NCBI GenBank assembly: GCA_000002445.1
Contig: AE017150.2
Coordinates: forward strand, 608,001 to 672,000
DNA: 64,000 nucleotides
Direction of reading: 5' to 3'
From: Trypanosoma brucei
Taxonomy: Eukaryota
Part shown: piece by piece, positions 28,728-38,501 of the stretch
Layout: the number at the start of each line of letters is the position of its first letter
Position numbering within the stretch: position 1 is the first letter of the stretch
The notes under the pieces: generated by a model
Databases searched by the model: none
What the model was told of the DNA's origin: nothing
The model's input: only the letters and a program-made list of their open reading frames with translations
Position numbers and translations under genes: made by a program

Positions 28728-30765
28728 TTTTTTTCTTTTCCCCCCGTGGCTGGATGGGTTCAAAATGATGTCCCGACTGGTGTGCACATGTTTTTTTTAC
28801 CCGGTAATTGTAATATATGTAATGTATATATAAATATATATACGTATACGTGGTGGTGTGTGTGTGTGGGAGGGGGGGGGGAGGTGAGTAAAGTATGAGA
28901 GGAAAAAAAGAAAAAGAAAAGGAGAAAGAACAGAGGAGTTGAGAGACACTGACTTGTGAAAAGTAAACTCAAATAAAGCAGGATGGGACCAGGAACTGGA
29001 AAACGTGCAGGGGTAAAGGGAGTTAATGTACTGCTCCACCTCGTTATTACGCCCTTGTTGTTATTTTCCGTTTAGTTTATTTATTTGTAGGGGGACAAAC
29101 AAAACAACGTGCTATAGGGAGGGTGGAGATTTCCACCGGTCTACAGTAGTGTGACAACAAATCGCACGGATATAAGTAGAAAAAAAAACTAAAGAAAATG
29201 AAAGAAAGCTCGCAAGGGTGGAGATTTTTAGAAATACGGTAATAGCATTGTTGGCTTTTCTTTTTCTCTTAACCTCTTGTTTGATGTACAAACACTCGTG
29301 GGGGTTCATTTACCTTTTGAATTCTTTCTGTATTTCCCCTTCAATGCGTGCTAATATATTTAAGAATATATTTCAATTGAAGAAGTATTCTTTCTCAGAA
29401 TCCACTCCACCATCCCCCACCTTTGGCTTCGGCTTTGGTCTCGTCTTTCTTTTTTTTTTTTTTGTAGCCTTCATGTATTTACATATTCCCTTCACTCGGA
29501 CGCTTGATCTGGCCTTTTTTTTCTTTACGTTTTACTCTACTTCCCCTTTTAAAATTCTTTGCAAATCAATATGTTGCTTCCGGCTCCCTCTTCGTCTCTT
29601 CCTCTTTTTTTTCCGTTATTTCTCTTTCAATGTTATAAAAGGAAATAAAAAATTCACAAGGCGACTCCACCGTCGACATGATGTACTGAAACACGTAGAC
29701 ATCTGAAGATAAGGAATAATAATAGTAATAATAAAGGCGAAGAGTAAAACACACGCACACACACAAAGCCCAAGGGAAGAGGAAAAAAAAAGGTATAAAT
29801 CAATACATACATTTTATGTGTGTACATGCCACACGTAAAATAAAGAAAGAAAGTAAAAGCAAAAACGTGCATTTGGTGCGGCGGCAAATGGGAACAACAA
29901 AAACAACAAAAGAAAATTGCGTAAAGGATACTCGTGGGGGCTTCGCTGTACGGGGGCAGAAGGAAACCCAGTGGCATGAAACTAATATATATATATATAT
30001 AATTAATTAATTATTTATTTATTATATTTCCTTCAAAGTTTCCCCCTCTGGCGTTTCAATCTTGCTTTTGGTTCTTATCCCCATTCTCATTTTCACTCTC
30101 CTCGCTTTCATTTTCCCCTTTTCTTCTCTTCTCTTTTTTTTCCTTTTCAAATTTAAGCTTGCTTTTGTCTCTTGAACTTAGCCGAAGATACGTTACCGTA
30201 AATAATCGCCTGAAAAAGATGTTAAAAAGCAAATTCTTCTTTCCGTCCTTTTTTTTTTTGAAAAATAAAACAAGCACATCCCTGTTGACTTCTTTTCCCT
30301 TCACTTCTCTTTTAGACCGCATAAAGTAACTCCTCTTCCGTTGGGCGTAAAACAGAATATGAAGAGAAAAAAAAAAGAAGGTGAAGGTGAAGGTAAAGGA
30401 AGAAACAGGGTACTCAAGAAAAAAAAAACGCAAAAAAAAACTACAAAAGCAAAATCAACGGCAAAGCAGTGTTTTTCCTTTTTTTTGATTCCTTCACCGC
30501 ATTTCACATTCTCTTCTGGTGACAAACTGAGGCTCAGGCTCCACCATAAGAGAATATGAAAAAAAACATACAAGAAAAAAGAAAAAAATAGTAACGGTAG
30601 ATAAGTAAGTGACGCCAAGTGAATTAATACATATATCCTGATCGGCATTAATTTACTTGGCATTATTCGTTAAACAGCACGTGTGCTCATAAAAAAAGAA
30701 AAAGAAAGAAAAACATCGGTGCAAGATAAGTAAGGACAAATGCAATGATACGCACGGTAGTGACA

Positions 30766-31613
30766 AGAAGAGAATTCAACTGTAAGAATAAAGAAGAAAA
30801 TTGCTTCGTGCCATATTGAATGATTTTCCATTTCCATCTCTTCTTCTTACAGTTGAATTCTCTTCTCTTTTTTTTCTTTTCCTTTTTTTTTTAAACATAA
30901 AAGTTACGTCATCATTACGACCATCACCCTTCATCTGATAAAGTTTCTGGCGTCTTTTTTTTCCCCCTTCTGTGCGTCCCATTTTACCACCTCACCTACT
31001 GTTTCACGATATGGTGAGATTCTACATTTTCATATCGTATCATATTTCATATTTCCTTTATTGCCTCACATATAAATACAAAAATATGTTAATACAAATA
31101 TATAAACATATGTTTGTTTATGCATTTATTGTATGACATCACAAACACTTGTGACTAACAACAACCACGACTACAAGAAGAATAACAGCAACTACAACAA
31201 AAAAAATGCCAGAAACTTTATCAGATGAGCCGTGATGGTCTTTTTTTTTCTTTTTTCTGGTGACCTAACGCCAATTTCCCCCACCATTTTGTTACCCCTT
31301 CCCCCACCCTTATAAATTAATATATAAATATATATCTATATCTATATATTTGTATTAAAAAATGTATTTTATACATATTTATGCGTAAGCTTTCCGTGTT
31401 CATCCGTACAAACCACCACAGACATATATAGATAGATAGATAGATCATGTTTCAATTGATCGCGCAAGAGGAACATAAATTGTAGGCAACAATGAAAGTA
31501 GGGATTTAATGGTTATAAGTGAATTAATAACCAAATAAATGAAAACCATATGAATAAATATGTATAAAATACATTTTTAAATACAAATATATATATTTAT
31601 TTATAAGGGTGGC
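30766..31613. repeat. Cluster of three inverted-repeat pairs within a 4.7-kb spacer. IR-A is a 23-bp perfect IR (30766-30788 and 30844-30866). IR-B is a 33-bp IR at about 91% identity (30919-30951 and 31208-31240, spacer about 256 bp). IR-C is an imperfect IR of about 65-80 bp (31303-31382 and 31549-31613, spacer about 165 bp containing (GATA)n).
   Basis: Reverse-complement matches checked by hand. Examples: agaagagaattcaactgtaagaa with ttcttacagttgaattctcttct; gaccatcacccttcatctgataaagtttctggc with gccagaaactttatcagatgagccgtgatggtc; tttgtattaaaaaatgtattttatacatatttat with ataaatatgtataaaatacatttttaaatacaaa. Confidence 0.85.
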
Positions 31614-33497
31614 GCACATGGCTCAGAAGAGGCAAGTGAAGGAATGCCTCAAATGTACAACAAAAGGCCGACGTTGGGTGAATTGCGGGAGGAAAAACAA
31701 AAAAAAGGTTGAAAAGCGTAGAGACGATCAAAGCAGTTGGGTGACCATAAAGGCAAGAAAAAGTATATCATTAAATGATGTGCACAGTCAGACACACACA
31801 CACACACACACACGCATGTGGACAGATGCATATATAAATATAAATAAATAAATAAATATATATATATATATATACAAAGGTAAACATACATGTCCGTACA
31901 ACAATAATGATAGTGTTTATGATAATAATTAGTAATATCATAAAGGGAATCACCTCCAGCAACAATAATAAAAGGGGGAAGTGATACTGAAATTTGTGGT
32001 GGTAGCAAAGATGGTAAGTAACAAAAACAGCAACAATAAAAGTAACGATGCCGACCGCCTTCGACGTTATGAAATTGTGCCGAAAGTTACGAAGCAAATA
32101 AGAGCATTGCGCCACAGTGGTTAAAAATAAGTGAAAAAAAAAGGAAGAAAGCAGAGATACGGTGCGAGCTGAATAAATATATTAATATATTAATATATAT
32201 ATATATATATTAATTAACTATATGACGGTCCATTCGAGAAAAATATACTTTCCTATTGTATTTATTTAATACACATTGAGACGCAAATGTACCATTTCTG
32301 TTATTTCTCTCCTTTCTTCTCTCAGTTTTTTAAAAATCCTGTCATTTTCTCCGTCCCCCTCCCCCCTCCTCTTCTTTTTTCCTTTCCGCACAGTAAACCT
32401 TCACGATTTCAAATAAATTGTGCATGTCGAAAAAAAAAACCAGCAAAATATAAATGGAAATGGGGCCGCCCGTAGTGCTGAGTTTTCTATATGACACAAA
32501 TGTTTCTTCCCCTCATTTCCATTAAAAAAAATTTTTTTCCCACCCTTCCCGCAAAGACTCGGCCCTCTCTCTTTTTCTTTTTCTCATTTATTCGAACTAT
32601 TTCACATTTCCCTCCGGTTGCTCACTCGCTTGCACCATTCTAGTGATGACTGTTTATTTATTTATAATAATTTTTTTTTAATTACAAAAAAAAACATTTA
32701 TTTATGTATATTTTAAAAAGGCTTTTGAAGGGGGCCGTCACAAATGATCAATGCAGTTTTCCCTTTTTTTTTAAAAAAAATCACTAAACAAAGGCAGAAA
32801 AACATTATTTTTTTTTTCCCCACTCGGTCCAGTAACTCCTCAATAAAAGTTCAGACGGATGGGGGCACACACTTTTCAACCGAGGAAAGTGAGTAGGGTT
32901 GGGGTTAGGGTTAGGAGGAGACAACCAAAAACAAAACTAAACAGGACAAAGGATCTTACAACTGAAAAAGAATAATACAAAACAAAACAATAACCGTGGC
33001 AAAAAGAATTATCCAAAACCTACAAGCACATAATTGTGAAGGACAGGGGGAAAAAAAAAGGAAACAAACGAACAAAGACAAAGCACAGAAAAGGCTCACA
33101 TTTGTTTCCCCCCTCCCTCATATCGGTCAAAGAATCGTTTCCATCTATTCGGCGACACCTTTCCTCCCAAACAGGTTGCGCCCCCTTTTTTTTTTCTTCC
33201 CCCCCTCCGCCCCCCTTTTTTTTTAAATACTTTCCCCTCCCCCGGAGTACAAAGCTGTTTTCACATTTTGCAATCTCCTTGTCTTCTTTTTTCTCGTTTT
33301 CGTAGATTTTACCTATTAAATTCACGAGTATTCGCACCTTTTTTTCTTTTCTTTTCTTTCCCCTCCCCTCTGCTCCGTGCCCCACCACCAATTTTGTGTT
33401 TGTTGTAACCATTTTAAATACAAGGTCCATATGGAACTGATTATGGCGAAGCGTCACATGATTAACATAACATTAATATGGCGACCTCCATCGGCAA

Positions 33498-34901
33498 CTA
33501 ATTCTCTGACCAATTATGTTTGCACTTAATGCACTTAATAAATTTAGTTGTCGGTTCATCCGCTGACCGGATCTGTAGTTCTCTCCATTCACATTCCCTT
33601 CCGTGACACTCCGGGCATTCAAAAAGTGAGGTGGTATGCAACAGCGACCGCTCGGTTTCTTCCAAGTTTCTTAGTTTCTCCGTAGTTCGGCGCTCTGCGT
33701 CCTCTTTTTCCTCTTGCGTCATTAGTTCCCAGCGACTGAGTTCGAGAAAATCCTTTCCACTCAGCTCCCCCATCGCCAGCCTGCGCCGTATTTCTGATAA
33801 CCCCGGTTTACTCAAATGCTCCAAAAGATACATGCGGTCCTCCGATCTTGTTACCTCAGCGCATATTTTTTCCGCTACAGATCTGAGATCATCACTTCTA
33901 ACACTAAAACTATGCGGATCCCCCGGTTGGAGAAGCAGCTTCTGCACCCGGTCAACAAACTGTGGTTGTGCCCCTCCTCCAATAGTAATTGGGTTGCCCA
34001 CGCTTTCACTTGTTGACGGTGTTGCCACATCCCGTTCCTCCCTCGTTTGTGAACTGGAAATGGTTCCCCGTCTTTTGTTATGGCGTGCACCGCCGCTCCG
34101 CGCCGTCCCCCCTCTTTTTTTGGCTTCCTGCTCGTACTTGTTGTACTCTTCAATTGCTCTCACAGTTTCCTCCGGTAGTTTGGCTGTCCAAGCGGAGATG
34201 ATACAAGTAGCCAGGCTCCTTTGTTCTTCTAGATCCTTTTTTGACAAGGCCCTTGAAACCGACACACCAATTTTTGTGCGCAAAAGCTGCCGGAGTGTAA
34301 CACTGACGCTCGCAAGTTTCAGAAGCGTGCTGGTAAGCAGAGCCCCGTCGCAGTTATCAGTGGCTTCATCAATATCTTTTTTCCATTGCACCAGTGCGTC
34401 GTCCGATGCGGGGGATAAGTGAGAGCCGGTACTCCTCTGTCGCATCCGGCTCACCTCACGGCTGCGTTTGCCCCCTGCAGTTTGCTGAGTGGCATTGTTA
34501 AGCGAACCCGCTCGCCCGCTTGTCGAAAACGCCCTCTGTGATGTTCCCCTCGGCGCCGTATTTTTTGAATGAGTCGGCTCAAATCGCAATGCGTTGGACT
34601 CCTTGTCCTCCTCTGCGTTACGAATAGCTTGCAGAAGATCCTCATTGGCGGTGACGGCTTTCTCAGATGAGGGCTCAAAAAATGTAATGGCGGAGGAGTG
34701 GCTGTCAACATTTTTATAGGTGGCCTTATTTTGGGTTCCTGGATACGTGAGAACGGTAACCGTAGATGTGCCAGTTTCTGACGACCTTCCGTCAACTCCC
34801 TCCACACCGGTAACTGAAGTGACTTTTGCCGGCCACCACGTGTTAGCTCCAGTCTTTAGCCAGACACGGTCGTTAATATGAAATACTCTTTCTTGAAGCA
34901 T
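33498..34901 (-). CDS. TFIIS2-2: Transcription elongation factor TFIIS paralog with an N-terminal PWWP domain (467 aa). The architecture matches the PWWP-containing trypanosome TFIIS2-2.
   Basis: N-terminal RVWLKTGANTWWPAKV (PWWP). Central TFIIS-N domain. Acidic-loop/domain III region. C-terminal Zn ribbon CPECHGRECEWRELQIRSADEPTTKFIKCIKCKHNW, with the canonical RSADEP motif and four Cys. ATG checked. Confidence 0.85.
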   Translation of the reverse strand: MLQERVFHINDRVWLKTGANTWWPAKVTSVTGVEGVDGRSSETGTSTVTVLTYPGTQNKATYKNVDSHSSAITFFEPSSEKAVTANEDLLQAIRNAEEDKESNALRFEPTHSKNTAPRGTSQRAFSTSGRAGSLNNATQQTAGGKRSREVSRMRQRSTGSHLSPASDDALVQWKKDIDEATDNCDGALLTSTLLKLASVSVTLRQLLRTKIGVSVSRALSKKDLEEQRSLATCIISAWTAKLPEETVRAIEEYNKYEQEAKKRGGTARSGGARHNKRRGTISSSQTREERDVATPSTSESVGNPITIGGGAQPQFVDRVQKLLLQPGDPHSFSVRSDDLRSVAEKICAEVTRSEDRMYLLEHLSKPGLSEIRRRLAMGELSGKDFLELSRWELMTQEEKEDAERRTTEKLRNLEETERSLLHTTSLFECPECHGRECEWRELQIRSADEPTTKFIKCIKCKHNWSEN

Positions 34902-37154
34902 CTTCTCCCCACAGTTTCCTTAGGCAAATAATGCTGTAAGTTTAAAGGAGTTTTTGCTTTCCTCCACCCTTTCTTTTCTTTCTTTCTCTCTCTTTCTTTC
35001 TATAAATAAATAAGGAAGTACCTTCCTCCCCGTTTGTTCTCCTTCTTGGCGAAAACCCCTCCCCCCACCGTGTGTATCGCAGCTCGGCGAATGGGTAAGT
35101 TCGGCGGCCTTTTTTTTTTAAAAAAACTATATATATATATATAGTTATGTATCGCTCGCCTTTCTCGCTTTCGCTTATATTCCACTAACCGCCTGATTGT
35201 TGTCGCCGCCTTTACTTGCCTTTTTTTTCTGGTTAACTGTGACACGGAAGTGCGGAAAACATTAAAGGAAAAGAAAAAAGAGAGGAAGAAAAAAAAAAAG
35301 AGAAGAGAAACACATGCTTGAAAATCATGTAGTTGTCCACTTGCTTACTTTTTTTTCTTTATTCTTCTAGTTTGCATACTCTGTTCATCTCACTTCGCGT
35401 CTGCAACGTGGTTTTACATCGTTAGAATTCTCCACTTTGTTGTTTTTTGCTTTTTTATTTTATTTTAAAATCCCCTCTTCCCCCTTTAACGACTACTTAA
35501 CACCTTATTTGAATATGATAATGTACAACTCCTCGCAGGTTCTCCTCCCTTCTGTGAAGAACAACATTCTGATGTTTCCCTCACCAATGTAGTTTACTTG
35601 GACTAGACTTGCTCTTAATTGAATGGTCACAAATGTAAGCCGAATAAAACAAGATATCTGGAATATGCGGCACGCCAATAACAGTCAAAAAAAAAAAAGA
35701 AAACTCGCGTGCAACGGGAGATCAACGGAGTCATTGCCACGCATGTCAAACGACCGTTTTGTTTTGCGTTTTTTTTTCTTTTACTAAACTGACTTTATTT
35801 TTTTTCTTCTTGGTTTTCCTCTTCTTCAATCTCTCCCCCCATCAAAATAGAACACTCACTTATGTCCCTTATTTTGAAATCATCCCTATGCCGTCTATTT
35901 ATATCCGCTCTGTCATTTAGATAGATGTGCGTTATCCTTTAATTGAAGTTGTGAGGGGTTTATCATTTGGCTTGAAATAATAACTTCTTGCTGATTCATG
36001 AGGGCATTAGGCGTTGTTTTTCTGAGACACACAGTTATGAAGTGTAAATACAAAAAAAAAGGGGGGGAGGAAGGGGGAAGGGGGAAGAGATAAATACGGA
36101 TGCAAATGCACTGCGACCATATGATACGATGGAAACAAAATACCCGAAAACATAATCATAAATATACATATACATATACATACGCACACTGGCACTTGGC
36201 GCAGCACAATCACCTTTCCTGAGAATCTCAGTTGTGCTTGAGCGTGTTTATCACGGCAGTTTGCGTCACTGTCCCGGTGGGTTCTCTCTTTCCTACCTTG
36301 TTATGATCTCACCCTCCCTCTTTTTTTTAAAAAAAATTATTATTTTTCTACACTTCATCATTCTGATTCGGTCACTGTGAGAAAATATTCATGTTGTCAT
36401 TTCAGCCTTCTGTTTCCTTATATGGAAGTCGCAGTAAACTATAGGCGTTGATCGGGGTTGAGAGCGCGCGGAAAGACGAGGGAGGGAACATTATTTGTGT
36501 GAGAACTGGTGGAAGGAAAAGACAAATAAAAAAAAAAGAAGACATAGAAGTGAGCTCAAAGCGGAAGCGGATCAAAGACATAGAAAGACATACAAAGACA
36601 GTATGGTGATCATCTTCACAAGCCCAACTCTGGAAGGTTCCACTCAACCACGACAGGAAGATGCAAAACCATTTGGTTTCTCAGTGCATGTGCGAGGCGA
36701 GGTTACGGAGCCAACAGATGCAACAAATAACTTCACTTCACTTTTCTTCTTTTTGCACGTTCCCTTTCCATTTACTTGTGTGTGTGTGTGTTTTTTTTTT
36801 TATAAATTTTAAACTTCACCACTCCCTACTGTCACATCTTCAACGGCCTTTCCCATTCCCTTAACGCGTTCTAAAACCTGGTGAAATCATCCAATCGAGA
36901 GATCGCCTCAGCCTAACACACCAATTTCATACGCCTTCATCGGTACCTAAAAATGCGCTAACCGCATAAACGCTCACCCTCTTCACACAAGCGCACACAA
37001 AATAATAATAATAATATGAAATAATTCATCAACCGTTGCGGTGCTTGTCATTACAGATGTTTCTGCTGCACGTCAAGGTCACTTCACCAACAAAACGTCA
37101 ACAGCAACATAACCAAATGCATGATCGAGTGTCAATCAATCAATCAATCAATCG

Positions 37155-37589
37155 CTAGTAGTTGGGATTTACCTTCGTTACCAGTGCTTCCACTAGTGGA
37201 GAATCCGGGTCGATTGGTGGAAAAATACTTTGCCTTCCCAACACTGTTCCAATGAGGAAAAGTACCACCAACTTCGTGAGGAAGCGAAGGTCCCAAATTA
37301 AATTCACTTTTGTGTACTGCGCGAAGTACTCGCCGGAGGTAATGTAGTGGCATTCGTCAAAGAAACGCACCACACGGTAGTGGAAAAGTTGTCTCTGTTC
37401 AGCCAAGTACCGTTTCGTACTGCTCACCGCTGCGTCAGTTCCGTTGGCGTTGTGTTCGCTGATGGTCTTTTGAATTCCCGCGTCTGTTAGTGCGGCAAGT
37501 TTCTTTGCAGAACGCGCTTGAACCTTACTGGCCGCATTGCATAACGGCGTCATGATCTTACAGGCAACGGCGCACTTCGTGGAAGACAT
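37155..37589 (-). CDS. Small hypothetical protein (144 aa) with a single C-terminal hydrophobic segment, giving a tail-anchored topology.
   Basis: ATG-initiated ORF on the polycistron strand. C-terminal LTKLVVLFLIGTVLG followed by about 30 residues. No family recognised. Confidence 0.4.
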   Translation of the reverse strand: MSSTKCAVACKIMTPLCNAASKVQARSAKKLAALTDAGIQKTISEHNANGTDAAVSSTKRYLAEQRQLFHYRVVRFFDECHYITSGEYFAQYTKVNLIWDLRFLTKLVVLFLIGTVLGRQSIFPPIDPDSPLVEALVTKVNPNY

Positions 37590-38501
37590 AACTTATGAGA
37601 GTCGTTCAGCTCACACAATTGCTTCTCTGCTTACTTTTTTTTTTTTGGGGGGTGCGCTCTCTTTCCATGTATGTATACATATATATATATTTTAGAGGGA
37701 GGCCGTGGGGAAGGGAGGGAAAAATTGTTAGAATAAAGCAGGGAATATGACAGCAGTGAGAAGAGGCGAAGCAGCACAGAATTTATATATGCCAGTGTTG
37801 TAAGTGGTTTTACTGTCGTCTCTCTACCAGTGTCGCCGCAGCACGTGGGGATTTAGACGGTTTGGGTAGAAGTAATAACACTGAGACAACGGAGAAGAAC
37901 TTTGACTTAGCAGCGCTTCTGTTTTTTTTTCTTTTCTTTCGCTGTTGCATGTTTTGAGTGTATTCACACTCTTGTATGATTGCCGTTGCCGCTTGCCAGT
38001 TCTATAGAAAAACTCCCCCCACCATTTGTACTAAAATTAGCTGCTCTTTTCTTTCTTTTTAAAAAATTTGAAAGAGCGCTCATATGGTAGGGATGTTGTG
38101 AATGCAGAGATATCCAACGACAACATAATCATCATCCTCTTTTTTACTTACCCCAAATAAGAATTTTTATGGTAAAAATGCGTATAAACTCGGTAAGAGT
38201 AGGACTAAACACAAGGGGCCAAAAAAGTGGTATACTTCAAACGACCACATGTCAGGACGACGCTGACGGCACATTGAATCAGAAAGGGATGTACGCAAAA
38301 CAAACATACTTTTCGCATTTAAATAATAAAAATTCCTTTCCCTTTCTCTTTTCTTCTTTTTTCTTTGATTTTCGTTTTTAACAACAAAAATGTGACTCCG
38401 TTTTGCGGATTCACTCATTTCCTCGTCCGTTTGAGCTACCTCTTCTTCTTTCCGTTACTAAACATACCATTTTATGAAAGTGCACAGCACATGACGAAGC
38501 A

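Noticed and set aside
27582-28787. ORF-track start codons at 28787, 63703, 12169 and 2271 are reported as Met.
   Set aside because: Hand translation shows these are GTG (28787, 63703, 12169) or TTG (2271). In a eukaryotic nuclear gene the start should be ATG, so I moved each to the first in-frame ATG: 28727, 63694, 12136 and 2304.
30905-31240. A possible C/D snoRNA-like reading of the IR-B arms, based on ATGATGA and CTGA elements on the - strand.
   Set aside because: The box spacing and the required terminal stem do not fit convincingly. The two arms are inverted copies, whereas snoRNA clusters are direct repeats.
33631-34422. 263-aa + strand ORF overlapping the TFIIS paralog, and other + strand ORFs inside - strand genes (for example 38839..39309, 49852..50259, 51685..52152, 59297..59596, 61884..62237).
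   Set aside because: These are antisense to long, motif-supported - strand CDS in a unidirectional polycistron, and their compositions are skewed (Ser/Arg/Cys-rich) as expected for shadow frames.
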